DNA of 64,000 nt, from the NCBI GenBank assembly GCA_044892505.1, contig CM097882.1, forward strand, positions 67,704,001 through 67,768,000, in the 5' to 3' direction. Below, piece after piece: positions 35,069-50,000 of this stretch (position 1 is its first letter; each line of letters starts with the position of its first letter). Both the position numbers and the translations under genes were made by a program. The notes beneath the pieces are model-generated. The model did no database searches. It was not told the DNA's origin and saw nothing but the letters and a program-made list of their open reading frames with translations. The stretch comes from Schmidtea nova. Taxonomy: Eukaryota.

Positions 35069-38000
35069 GTTTGTTCAATCATTTCATTGTCATAATTATC
35101 ATATCCAATCAGGTAATAATCCGAGAGTTCTTGTTAGTTATTTTGGAAAGCAAAACCATTACAGTTATTTATCCGATGATTGCACTATGTTTGTGAACAC
35201 TAAATTGGATTATGATAATTTTTTAAAACTTCAATATTATGATAAAAAGGTATGTTACAAGTTTTTTAAAATGTTTGTTGAAGTAATTTTGGATTACATT
35301 TTTTAATCGAACTTGAATTCTCTGTACTTACTGTTAGCTGGGGCCAATTGAAACAATATTAATCCATTTCTTATTTTTTCACTGAATAATTTTTTTCTCA
35401 TTAAATATTAAATTAGTTTATTTACTCTTTTATATACCGAAAGACTTTTGCATTCTTGTAGTATGTAAAAGAAATAAGAAGCTTTACTTTAAATCGTGTA
35501 TTTTCTGGAATTGCAGATAATCAACTTGTCGATAGACCAGCCGACAGTCAAATTTGACATTTGCTAAATAGCTAAATAAAGGACACAGGAACAATGTATC
35601 AGCATTTGAAGTCGCATTTAGCTGAATTTATTTGGAGATTGGATTAAGTCAAATACAAAAATGTATTTGATGTCACTTTTGGATTTAATTAAAATTTATA
35701 GATGATATTTTGAATCTTGATTTAAAAAGTGTTTTTTCTTCAAATGGCTCCAGGCAAGTACAGAATTTTCTAATCATTTTGTTTTTTATTAAAACTCGAT
35801 ACATTTTAGTCATTAATTTTTTGCATAATTTCTCCAATTCCTTTTGATAATAAAAAAACTCTTCATTTTAAAGCTTGTTGGTTCTATTTCAATCAATTTA
35901 TCGCTTCTTGACTTTTATCGATTTTTTCTATCAGATTCAGAAATTTTATCTTTCAAATAATTTTCTATTGTTCATTTAATTTAGTAGCTTTTCTGTTCTT
36001 CACCTTTTTCTTTTGATATTCGCCCGCCTTATTAACTATGTATTCAATATAATCCTTTAAGAGTCGACTTTAATTATTGGTTATCGTGATTTTATTTATT
36101 CCTTTCTATTACCCTTTTCAACTGCAGATATGTTAAATATTTCGTTATCATCGATATTAAATGGCAAGCCGATTTGTGGAAATCCTCGCGATGGTGATTA
36201 AATTCAAGCCAATTCAAAATTAGTCAGAAAATTTGTTTCTTTTGTCATTTCACGTTTTCCTTTATAAACTCTCGGTTGATTATCGGAATAAGTAGTGAAA
36301 CATTTAGGCTTGTTTTGTTGGAGTAGTTGTATTCCGTTTATAATCAAATCCGTCATTACAACCCCAGCAGTTTCTAATCTCAAACTGAACATTGTCACGT
36401 CTAACAGTAATATATCCTGTACAGCTTCTAATTTTCTCCCCACTGCTACTTTTCATGCAACTACCAACTTCGAGATTTATTGATTTATTCGAAATCCTTT
36501 CCCATTGAATGGATCCTGCAATAATTTCTTGATTTTCGGTATTATTGTTAAATAGCCAACTAACAATACTATGAATTATTTTCTTATTCAACTTTGCATC
36601 ATATAATGCCATTTCTACCGGGTTATAATGTCGAACGGACCAAATCGGATTTAATTCCTGTAATTGAAATTGAGTTATATTAAATAAATGAAATATGAAT
36701 AAATAAATATAAAATAAATAAATATGAAACTTATAAGATATCTAATTAAGACTCTAGTACGGCTAAGTTATTACAGGGAAAAGCTGGATTTGGCTTGGAA
36801 AGAAGCGGAAAGTGCCTCACTATTAGACGACAACATAAGATTTGAAATGTATAAAATTAAATGCAAAATAAAAGGTAAGTAGAGTTATTTTTGGGTTTTA
36901 TTGATATTTTGACAATTATTTCAATAATAAAAACGTTTTAGATGTCTCAATTCTATTCTAATAATTTCGATTAAAATTAAAATATGATTTTAATATTGTC
37001 GTATTAATGACTGGCTAATCTCAAATATTCGTCCGATACATAAATTGAATGATTTATTAAGCAATTATTCAATTTATTGTCATTGTGAATCGTGTTCATC
37101 AAAAGAATAATAACGTATCATTTTGAGACAATATAAAGTGTATTTGATACTTTAAATGTTGAAACTGACCTCTCTGACATATCTCGACATACTTTCTTCT
37201 TGCCCTTATCACAGACAGATAACATTAATCTTAAAAGTCCCATTGGTAAATACCAAGATAAGTTTTACTGAAGATTCATACGCACTCACTACTAAAACCC
37301 ATTAACACCAAGTCTGCCAATTGGCCAGATTTTTACATGTCCTAATGCGATACAAAATCCTGTTACTACTAATAAAAAGGAATAGAACCGTTTTTAACTG
37401 CCCCGACACAAATTTAGTGGATAAACAATTATTCCTACCCAAATATTTAATATTCCTAATTTTGCGATTCAATATTTTCCGTAATCCCATCTTACCACAC
37501 AATTGGAAACTTTCATAAGGATTCTCAAGTTTTGTTGATTTTTTAACCTGCTTCTTCACCGACTCATATCAGTTTGAAAATGTCGATAAGAGAAGTTCAT
37601 AAACCAAGTTTAAAACTTGAGGTCCCTTACAAAAGTTTCCCATTGCCCTGTAACAATTTCTCCTAAAATCCATATGTATACAATCAGTTCACAACAAATA
37701 AGTAGTAGTTCATATAGATATTTAAAATACAAAGTGAAATCTAAGCTAAAAATCTATTTTAAGCAAAATCAAGGAAATAAAATTTTAAATCACGATCTCT
37801 ATTAAAACACCTCCTGACACTTAATTGATGGAAGGAAGTTCCTCTTTAATTTTCATATCTTCATCTTCGTATTCCAATTTGGTTTTATTTTGAAATTCTT
37901 CTAAAATCTCCATAAAAAGCTAAGCAATTCTTAAATTCAATTTTAATCTCTGTAGTGTTCAATTTTGTAGGATTAGCAAATTTATATTTAGAAAACATAG

Positions 38001-41000
38001 GCGTATGGATGGTGACAGAAAGAGACATATGCGCTGGGCGTCTAGAACAGGGAGCGCCAAAACGAACAAGAATTTTTTTCCTCTCAAATAATAACTTTCT
38101 TTTCTATAAATAAAATGATAATTAAAGTGAACTGTCAAGTCTCTCCAAATCTCAGTATTTAATTGTCTGTTAATACATTCAAAAATAACCTTATGTATGC
38201 ACACAGGGCGACGACAGCTGTAAAATAGGATGAAAATAGTCTTAAAAATTATTCTTTTTAATATACATTGTTCATTCAAGCAAAACTGAACTTTCTATTT
38301 TATCAGATGCATGTTCCTAAAAACAGGTACATCTTTTATACATAGTAATTCATAGTAATTAAGAACACGGTTCTAATGAAACCGATGAGTTTTAACCCAA
38401 TGTTCTTTGTTTCAGTGCAAATATATTTTAAATTCAGTCATAATATTTCATAGGTGCATAAATTCTTGTCTATTTGACAATTCTTGTTTACGAAATAGAA
38501 TTAGATAAAATACGAATATTGATTGAGGAAAAGGAATGAAATATAAAATGAAAAAAATATTTAGAGTCAGAAGTATGAAGTCACACATAATGTTAAAGAC
38601 TTTTAACCTTACTAATAATCAGCATTTTCATGACTAGAAGGACTGCTAATTTTTCTCAAAAAATTACACTGTGATCTAAATACTCTAGTTTGACATTTGA
38701 ACAACATCCTATAACACAATCACGTCTATGACCGGAACTCTTGTAAGCAGTAGTGCACTCAAGGGGCAAGGCTGCAGCTTTCCACAAAGTTCTCTAATTA
38801 GAAATCAACTTCCAGAACTATTCATTAATGAAAAAAGTAAACGAAAACAATAAAATACCATTTATTCCTTTCTATGCATTTTTTGTATTTTTTTCATGCA
38901 TTTTGACACATTAAAATTCTCTTACTAAAAGTAGACCAATCATATTTTTTTCCAAAAATGTATACCGAAATCCGAATAAAATTCAGATGTTTTTTATTGC
39001 AATATACCAAAGAATTAAAGGAGTGTCAAAGGAAATACCATAAATAATTTTTAATATACATAATTACATTAGTATCCACACACATAAAAAATTCATATTG
39101 CATATAGATAAAGATATTTGTAGCTTACACAGTTTTTAACAACACATATTAGGGAAAATAGAACGTATGTTAGACTAATCGAAGCTCTCCCTAGCCAATA
39201 ATTCTCTGTGTGCCACTGAATCAGAGATAAACATATCTCTGATTTCTCTGCAACATGAGCTCCGATAGACCGGAATCCTGAGACTCACACTGAAATTTTA
39301 CATTATTAATTCTGATGTCATTATAATCATGCAATAAAAGACCTGTGCACCAATTAAAACAAGTAATTTCAATTGATTTCATCGGTACTTTTCATTCATA
39401 TCTGATTCTCGAAGAAAGAATTTATCTCTTATGCGAACCCTAGCTAAATATTTTTCATAGTTTTTCTTTAAAGTTTGTACTTACAAACAAAGTTTAAATT
39501 GTCGTATTTAGAAAATAATAATCGATCAAAGAGACGAAATCGTGTACCAAAACCGAATAAAGAAAAAACAATGAGAAAACCACGGGAACTTATAATAAGA
39601 GTTAATATTTTTTATCTTAATATGTAAATAAGAAGTATTTTAAAGGAACCCATTAAATATGCATTTGATGAACTAACACTACCATTCGATTATGTGAAAT
39701 TGACTAACAAAAACTGTCGCTATTGTCTTGAAACTAAAAATATAGTTCAATGCAATAAATGTTTATTTAATAATTTCCACGTAAAATGTTTGGAATTTCT
39801 ACAAAATTCAATTGAAGCGAAGGTCAATGATTTAAATTCATGCCTGGAGTGCTCTGAAGGAATTATCAGGTGCTATGCATGCTATGTTGGTTTTTGTTAT
39901 TATTTATGGAACATTATAAAATTACTTTGTTTATAGAGCAAAGTCGACATTAGCAATGAAAAATTGTTCATGAAATGTATAATTAAAACATGCAATAAAT
40001 GGTATCATACAGAATGTTTGGAAACTGGACCAATGTTAGAAATGACTAAATTTCCTAAACCCGGACAATTGGTCTGTCCTTGCCATATTTGTCATAAGTG
40101 TGAATTAGTAAATCCATCTCCGAAATATAGGTGCACAAAATTGGTTGTTTGTATTATGTGCCCTGCGACATTCCATACCGGGGATTGGTGTATTCCGGCT
40201 GGTTCTGTTGAGGTAAATTTTCATTATTTTCATTATATCTTTTCAAATTCGTTTCCACATATAATATATATAAAGTCACAATTAATTTATTTTAAAATAT
40301 TAACCAATAAAAATTTAAATAAATCAAATTTAATTAACGCATTCGTTACTGAAATCCCCAAATGGGAATTTTCATTAATTTTTATTAAATAATATGTGTA
40401 TTCGTTAAACATACATACCTTCTAGTTTTCGAAATTATTTTTTGTTTCATTGCTGCCCAAATTGTAAAAGTATTTAACATAAATTTATAACCAATTCGAT
40501 GAAATGATGTTTTAATGTTTACGTTGTTTTCTAGCGAATTTTTGCCCGTATTTTTTGCGTTTTTGACAGATTTGGGTGCGAGACTATTAACACATACTTT
40601 TAGGGTACTTTCCGGTTATTTCGACATCAAAAAATGAACAATTTCAATTTAAAAAATCTTCAACCAATTTAGGCAATAAACAACAGAACCATCATTATTT
40701 TTATNNNNNNNNNNNNNNNNNNNNNNNNNNNNNNNNNNNNNNNNNNNNNNNNNNNNNNNNNNNNNNNNNNNNNNNNNNNNNNNNNNNNNNNNNNNNNNNN
40801 NNNNNNNNNNNNNNNNNNNNNNNNNNNNNNNNNNNNNNNNNNNNNNNNNNNNNNNNNNNNNNNNNNNNNNNNNNNNNNNNNNNNNNNNNNNNNNNNNNNN
40901 NNNNNNNNNNNNNNNNNNNNNNNNNNNNNNNNNNNNNNNNNNNNNNNNNNNNNNNNNNNNNNNNNNNNNNNNNNNNNNNNNNNNNNNNNNNNNNNNNNNN

Positions 41001-44000
41001 NNNNNNNNNNNNNNNNNNNNNNNNNNNNNNNNNNNNNNNNNNNNNNNNNNNNNNNNNNNNNNNNNNNNNNNNNNNNNNTTATTCTTCTTCTTATTAATAA
41101 ATTATAATATAAATTTATTCAATTAAATAAAATAAAATACTACAGGAATAGTATTTTACCAGCGTCTTTGATTAAATTTGATTAATTTTAGAATTTTTTT
41201 GATGAGCNNNNNNNNNNNNNNNNNNNNNNNNNNNNNNNNNNNNNNNNNNNNNNNNNNNNNNNNNNNNNNNNNNNNNNNNNNNNNNNNNNNNNNNNNNNNN
41301 NNNNNNNNNNNNNNNNNNNNNNNNNNNNNNNNNNNNNNNNNNNNNNNNNNNNNNNNNNNNNNNNNNNNNNNNNNNNNNNNNNNNNNNNNNNNNNNNNNNN
41401 NNNNNNNNNNNNNNNNNNNNNNNNNNNNNNNNNNNNNNNNNNNNNNNNNNNNNNNNNNNNNNNNNNNNNNNNNNNNNNNNNNNNNNNNNNNNNNNNNNNN
41501 NNNNNNNNNNNNNNNNNNNNNNNNNNNNNNNNNNNNNNNNNNNNNNNNNNNNNNNNNNNNNNNNNNNNNNNNNNNNNNNNNNNNNNNNNNNNNNNNNNNN
41601 NNNNNNNNNNNNNNNNNNNNNNNNNNNNNNNGCCTAAATTGGCTTAAAAAGATTTTTTAAATTGAAATTGTTCATTTTTTGATGAGGTCGAGATAATCGG
41701 AAAGTACCACTTTTAGTCGATAGCACATAATATGTAAGTAAATATAATATTTATTATATAATATATTCATCCATCATAAAATATGTTCATCCATCTACGT
41801 AAAAATCACAACTCAAAGAATTGCCGAAGAGTGACTGGATAAAAAATAACATAAATTTTTCCAACATTACATTAAAATTAGTGGTGAGCCGATTTTTGAT
41901 TTGGAAATTGGAATTGACCGGATTCCTATTCTTGCTGATTAATCGGCATCAGCACGGACAGGCCTACCGATTCAAATAGTGTTAAAACCGGTTAATCAAT
42001 TAAACATAAAATTATAAATAAATATTGAGCGTTATATACGTTTATAATACCTTCTTTCATGTATCCAGTTACATTATCTTGTCAAATAAAAATATTAAAC
42101 GACAAATTGACTAATAAAAATTTAGAACGACAAATAAGACGTATACAACATACACTTCTTTATTATTATATTAGTGTTTCAATTACATAAAAATTTCCAT
42201 GAATAAAACTTCGCTCTCGTGAGATCTCCGACGACTACAATAAATGGTCCTTGTTATTTGAAACCGAGCAGCACCAACCGATGCTTGTAATAAATATTTT
42301 GCCAGTGCAACATGAATGGCTGTACATGAAGCAGAGATCGAATTACCAAGAGCATGCAATAAAAATGCTTTTAAGGCAGATTAATTAACATTAAAATATA
42401 AATCCACCAGTGAGCTAGCTACAACAATAATTTTATTAAACTTCAGGCCAAATACTGTCTTGACTGATCAACTTATGATCTAGATAAAAAATAAATCCAC
42501 CAATCAATAAAACTTGCAACCTTGCATTAACAATTTGTATTTGACTCAAAATCCATATTAAAAGATTTACAAAACCAAATCATTCAAATATTTTAAGAAG
42601 TTTCTAAAGTTCATTAATATTATAGTAGCTGATAAGATAATAAAAAATTACATAAATAAACCCATAAATGTCAAAGCCAAGAAGTAAAATATGGGAGTAT
42701 TTTGAAATCAACTCTATTGATGAGAGTAAGGCAAATTGTCTAATTTGCAAGGTTAAACTCAAACGAGGTGGGAATGACCCACGTTCTTATGGCACAAGTG
42801 GACTAATAAATCACCTTCGTTCTAAACACTCCGGAGAATATTGTGAATATTCTGGAATTTGCAATGAGGCCAAGAAAAGAAAATTAGAAGAAGATGACAA
42901 AGCACAACAGTCGCTATCAAAAAAAACCGAAATTGCAGACATTGGAACAGTTGATTTTAAAGAAAAAACCGTTTGAAGCCAACGATCCACGTCAGTTGAT
43001 CATCAACAAACGAATTGCGGAAATGATGGCATCAGACATTCTACCATTCAGCTTGGTGAGCAATGTTGGATTTTCAAGATTATTAAATGAACTCGAACCA
43101 CGTTAAGTTATTCCAAATCGTACAACTTTTTCCAGATCTTTAGTTCCTGACATGTACATGGCGGTACGAGCCAAAATTCAAGTGTTAATCGACAATGCAA
43201 CTTACATGAGTTTTACTTCAGATGCATGGACTAGCACAAACAATTTGAACGGTTTTTTATCTCTAACATTCCACTGGATCGATAATGATTGGAATCGGAA
43301 ATTAATTTTTTTATCACTACGAAATCTGGAAGGAAGTCACACTGGTCGGCTACTTGCTGATACTCTCATCAGCATGTTGGATGAATGGAAAATTACTGGA
43401 ACTAAACGGGGCATTTTGGTGAGAGGTAACGGAACCAACATGGTTAAGGCAGGGGAACTATCTGGTCTGAGTCATATGGGATGCTACATCCACAATATTC
43501 AACTTTTGGTAACTCGTGGGTTGAAATCTCAAAAATCTGTGATGGATGCAATAACAACAGCTCGGGCATTAGTTGGTCACTTCCGTCATTCAATATTAGC
43601 CACCCAAAAACTCGAGATAATCCAGAAATCAATGTATAATTCGGATGGATCGACTTTCCCTGCACATCGGCTCATTCAAGACGTGCAAACCAGGTGGAAT
43701 TCGACGTTCTACATGCTAGAAAGACTCTTAGAACAAAAACGAGCGATAGCTATATACTGCCAAGAAAATGCTGAAGTCAAATGTTTGACAGCAAATGAGT
43801 GGAATTTATTGGAAAAAACAATGTCAACTCTACGACCATTCGAGCAGGAAACTCGAAATGCCAGCTTCTCGCATGCAACAGTAAGCATGATAATTCCTAG
43901 CATTAAAGTTCTGCAGGCTACACTTCGAAGACCTGCACGAGCTGGGGACGATATAGGGATACAAACTATGCGATCAGAAATGCTGCAGGATTTAAGTTCA

Positions 44001-47000
44001 CGTTTTAATGAGATGGAACAAAATAAAATTTTTGTTTTATCGACTTTGCTCGATCCGACGTATAAACTAGCGATGCTTAATGTGGACCCTCAACAGTTTG
44101 CCAAAAATTGTCTGACTGAAGAGATGCTGGGTGAAATCGAAAACATCGCCATTGTAGCATCTTCATCAACAGTATCAGAAGTTGCTAATGCCATCGCCGT
44201 GACGTCATCATTGGATTCGTACTATGATGAATTGCTTGGAGCAGAAACAATTGAACCCACTCCTGCTAATGAACTAGAATGTCAGAAACAAATAAATGCT
44301 TATTTGGCCGAATCTCGTCAGCCAAGAAGTAATCCACCGACAGATCCAATAATTTATTGGAAAGCAAAACATCTGGTCTTTCCTATTCTAGCTGCTGTTG
44401 CTATGCGATATTGTACGATCCCCCATCCAGCGTCGACAGCGAGCGAACATTTAGCACAGCAGGAAACATCTGTGATGACCTACGTTCAAGACTGACAGCC
44501 AAGAAAACGGAGATGCTTTTATTTCTTCAAAAGAATCTTGGTGTCATAAATTTCGATTATTAATTTTTATAAATTTGGCTGGCATTCTATTTTTTACCTC
44601 TATGTTATGCACTGTGTAATATTATAGAATATTATATTTACCGCGTAAACAAATTTAGCAAAACATATCAGGAGGTAGATTCCACGTTTTTATTACTTAA
44701 TAATTAAATTGTTATAAATAATATATGTTAATTTAGAAAACAAAAATGTTTTATATAAAAAACGAATGGCGAATATGCAAACTGTAAGGAAAATAATAGC
44801 TGATTTTATTGTTTATTTCTGCGATCATCCCGCGGCAGACTTGATAGGAAACGGATTTTATTAAATCATATAAAATTTCCAAGATTCCGATTAATCGAAT
44901 CGGAATCGGAATCGGTAAAAAAACTTCACCGATATTCGGATTCCGGAATCGCTAAAAAATCATAATCGGCCCACCCCTAATTAAAATATGACAGTGTGTA
45001 TCGGAAATGAAATCAAAAATGACTCTACATTTGAAAAATAAATCGCATGTCGACATGTTTGAACAATTTTTCGATGAAGATTTGTTTAACTACATAGTAA
45101 CTCAAAACAATAGACATAATTTTGAACTTTCCACAAATTACCTTAGAAAGTTTATTGGAATATTTTTGTTATCTGGTTAGCATTTATGTTAACGACGGTT
45201 GTTCCATAATTGAGATAGAAAATAAAGATAAACTATTTAAAAGTTGATTTGTGATTGACAAATTAAATTCAAATTTTAAAAGGTTCGGAATATTTGCTCA
45301 AAATCTTTTAGTCGATGAGGAAATGGTGATATATTATGGACACCACTTTTTAAAACAATTTATAAAAGGAAAGCCAATCAGATTTGGTTTTGACCGTGTG
45401 CTGCTCGAAATCTGGGCATTGCTTTCACGTGGATATTTATTAAGGCAAACGTGAAGTAAAACAAGTTGTGAGTGGTGTTGGAGGCTCAATAATAATGCAG
45501 ATGCCTTCTTTTCTGCAGTATCCATTAGAATATAAAATATTTTTGACAAACTTACCAGCTTTGAATTATTATCGAAATTGCAATAACGTAATATAAAGGA
45601 GACTGGAACAGTACGGAAGAAAGAATAAGTGTCCCTTAAATCTGATAACATAATGAAAAAAGAAGAACGTGGAGCATACTATTATTGTTATTATGAAAGT
45701 AATAAAAAATTTTGCATTTATTTGGAATGACAATAACAGCGTCAAGTTTTATTACTACAGCCTTTAGAAAAAGTGAAAAGATATTCTTAGAAAGAAAAGA
45801 AAGAATTTCGAGTGTATAGACCAAACATTGTAGGGCAACAGAAAAAATATATGAGTGGGGTTGACAAGCTGGATTGGAATGTCTAAAAATATCGAATAAA
45901 ATTTAGAGGTAAGGAATGCTATTTTCCTCTTTTTACAAATGCCATTGATGCTGCTGTTGTTAACGCCAATGCTCTTTATACTGCTTCGAACGAAAACTCG
46001 ATATTAGACTTTAGACGCAATAATGCAATTCCATAAATTAAAAAAGAATCATTATCCAATTCTAAAGTCACAGGAAGACCCAGTTTAAGTATAATAAAGA
46101 AAATTCTTGTACCTGAAGGTGTTAGATTTTATCCAATTTGACATGTATTAGAAAGGACTCGTGAAGAAAAAGAAAGGAAATGTGACAAGTATAGGACTGC
46201 TTGTCGAATGCTTCTCTGTTTGACATAGAACATGCGTTTTTCTTGTATTTGTAATAATTTTTGTTTTTTCAAAATTTTTGTAACTTTAAATTCTACAAGC
46301 TCCAAATGTGTATCAATAGAAAGTGTTAAAAAATAACTATTTTTTTAAATATATACATCAAAAATTAAAATATGTCAGTTAACCCTTTCCTATCCTGTGT
46401 CTATAAAAATATGACAAAAAAAATTAACCATTCTATCCTCTGTCTGTAAAAAAATGACATTATTTTTGAATAGTTTATTTCCTATAAGCCTAAGTAAATA
46501 ATTTGGAAGGATGTCTAAGCGTTTTGAACTTTTTTGAATTTTTTTGAACTTTTTTTGAAATTTTATTAGGTTTGGAACGGGCGGGACACATAAAGTAAAG
46601 AAGATAGGAAAGGTTTAATGGGGGAAACATTTTACCTATATTTAATTTAATTTGTTTACCAATAAAATTGTTTATTAATTAAATTAAAAAAAATAACATC
46701 ACTATTTAGGTAATTTTATTTTATTATTTAACTTTATTATTAAATTAATTATTTTATTTATTTTATTATTAAATTATTTATTTTGTTATTTAATTATTTA
46801 ATTATTTATTTTGTTAAATTATTTATTTTATTTTTAAATTATTAAAAATATTATTTTATTTATTTAATTACTAAATTATTTTTTTAATTATTAAATTTTT
46901 AATTAAATTATTAAATTATTAAATTTATTATTTTAATAATTAAATTTTAATATTTTATTATTAAATTATTTATTTTATTATTAAATTATTAATTTTATTA

Positions 47001-50000
47001 GTAAAAAATAATTTTATTTTTTTATTTAATTAATTACTAAATTATTTATTTAATTATTAAATTATTTATTAAATTATTTATTTTGNNNNNNNNNNNNNNN
47101 NNNNNNNNNNNNNNNNNNNNNNNNNNNNNNNNNNNNNNNNNNNNNNNNNNNNNNNNNNNNNNNNNNNNNNNNNNNNNNNNNNNNNNNNNNNNNNNNNNNN
47201 NNNNNNNNNNNNNNNNNNNNNNNATTTTATTATTAAATTTTTTAGTTTATTATTAAATTATTCATTGTATTATTTGTATTGTATTATTTATTTTGTTATT
47301 AAATTATTTAGTATATTACTTATTATTTATTATATTATTATATTACTTTTTTGTCATTATATTATTTTTTATATTATTATATTATGTATTTTGTTATTAA
47401 CTTATTTATTATATTGATATATTATTTTTTGTTATTAAATTATTTATTTTATTATTTATTTTAATATTAAATTATTTATCAATTATTTATTATATTACTT
47501 ATTAAAGTATTAAATTTATCAATCATATTTTAAATTACTAAAATTGTATTATATGAATATTTTTTACTATGATTACGATCAATTAGAACAATTATTCTAG
47601 AAATTCTTTCATTTATAAATAATTTTTTAGTTAAATCCCGGAGAAATAATTTGCCCAAGACATCTTTTTGATCTTAATTTTTCAATTAACATTATGATCC
47701 CACCATTCGTAGCTAGAGTTAAGAGTGATTTACAGAAAAGAATTTATGGAAATGCTTTAACCACAATATCAGAACCGATTAAAATCACTCCTAGTACAGT
47801 GACGAAGCCTCTAAATGTTAATTGGTGTTTTAAATGTGGTGAAGGAGGTGTATTAATGTGTTGTGAAACATGCCCAGGTGCTTACCATTTAAAATGCACC
47901 GATATGAAAGAAGTAATTATTTTATTAAAAAAAAGTTAATAATGATACCATTTTTTGCAGTTCATCCAATAATATATTATTTCTTCGTGATTTCAGATTA
48001 TTGTTTCAATATTGATCCTTTTTATATCATTATTGAGTTATTCAATAATAAATCGAAACAAACCAAAATAAACCAAAAATTAAAATAAATTGCGAAAAAT
48101 TTGCAAATTATAGATTAATATCTTTATATAAAGTTACATTTTCGGCACAGCCTTTTTCCAGTATGATACATTTACAGATAAATACTGTACCGGAAATTCG
48201 TGTAACTTTATAAAAACTATTGATCTATAGTTTTTTTTTAAAAATTTGAAAATTTCTGAAATAGAAAAGAAAAGACCAACGGTATAAAAACGTCATTAGA
48301 AAAAAATCAAATCAATTAAAAATGAAAAGTTTTAATAATCTAAAAACCTTTCCATATTAGCAAACGTACGTTCTGATTTTCTACAATAATTGGAAATTGA
48401 ATTTCTTCGAAATGTTTCCACTTGTATTTTTTAACCAATGACTTGCATTTCTTCAGTTACACTTGAATACATTTTTTCTTCATCTTATGAATAATGTCAT
48501 CACTTCTACTTTCCTAGTTATGTTAAACTGATGCTCCATTTTCGGTATATTATTATTTCATTGTCTTTAACATTCCTTTACACTGAACTCTCTTCCTTTA
48601 TACAGCCTCATTTGTCTTGTATTGTAAAACTAGCCCTCGATAATTAGCGCGTATGTCAAAAAACACATTTCTTTTGTCAATTGCAACAATTAAACTTTTA
48701 TCTGATGCACTTTCTGGAACTTCTCATAACACTCGATTGACTAATCTACTATAATAACTTCGATTTATTTGGCATAAGACTTGATAATTAATTTGTCAAG
48801 ACATCTCTGAAAGATATTCCACTTGTTATTTCTAGTCTCGACCTGCTCCACTGTCTCCAACTTTTCGATAAATCTTTCCAGGTCTTTAAATTTCCCACAA
48901 AGAATTGACCGAAACTTGTCAATCTGATTTATTTATTTCAGATAATTTAGTTGATTTCCCCCATATTGTCGTTCTAGGTTTATAAGTGAAAAATCTTTTA
49001 AAAATCCTCGTCTTCAGCACATATCAAAGCCTGTTATCTCTCATTCATTGCCACTTTGTATCCTCACACACTAATTGTAATTTTCTGTAGATTGACCGAA
49101 GTTTTTCCCTTTAATTTATTGTTTCCATTTGTCCTCGCTTCACAATACAAGATTCTCAACTAGCTAATTCTTTTCTTGTTTTTTAAGCCGACCTCGAAAC
49201 ATTTAACCACATCTTTCCTGTCTATTTCCTTTTCTAGGCGAATTAAAAGTCGAAGATTTCGACTATTGTGTTAATTTATAATATAATCCAATTATGCCTT
49301 GCGATCTATATTTAGTCCACCCTGATAAATATTCATATGAAATTTACTTTTAGAAAAAATGAATCAGTACTGTGCTGATTCACATTCCAAATGACTTAAA
49401 AACACGTTGTCAGCACTGTTTGCTACAGTGAAGTTGTATTTTTATTGCATGTGCCCATAAATTTGGCCTATAATGATTAATGGGTTAACCTTGAGTTATT
49501 GCATGAATCGATATACTATCTGTAGCCATGTCACATAATATTTCGTTGAATGTCTTGGGTTGGACAAAATCAAACATGGTTTTGCATCTCTTTTGTGGCA
49601 CATGAGTCTCAGATGCTGCACCTTAAACATAAATCTGGCGCTACAAAAGCTGAGGTGAATTAATCACCACACTTAATCGCTGCTTCACACAGTCCACACA
49701 AAGCTTCGGTATTTTTTGTTGTGATTTTTCCTCTTCGTGGCGTAATTACTTACAGTTGATATTATTAGTTGAATATATATTATAAAGTTTTTATGATTTA
49801 TTATTCTATCACAAAGTTAAACTACTTACCTTATAAAAATCGATAAATGACTTCTATAATGAAGAAATGAATTTATTTGCAGTCCAAAAATGTGAAGTTT
49901 AGAATAACGTAAAAATCTCCGTAACATGGAAATTTTTGTAACTTTTATAATAAATTTTATTTGAAGATATGTAGTCAAAAAAATTACAAAAAAATATTAA

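Larger units (their letters stand above)
41810..46240 (+). pseudogene. piggyBac transposase remnant split by the hAT element
   Basis: Frame continues across the TSD (…NFSNITLK|YDSVY). Then MFEQFFDEDLF, VDEEMVIYYG, KQFIKGKPIRFGF and YMSGVDKLD at 45030-46240. Confidence 0.8.

Noticed and set aside
42210-42400. Possible captured fragment in the hAT 5' region
   Set aside because: ~60 open codons but no ATG-led ORF or recognisable family.
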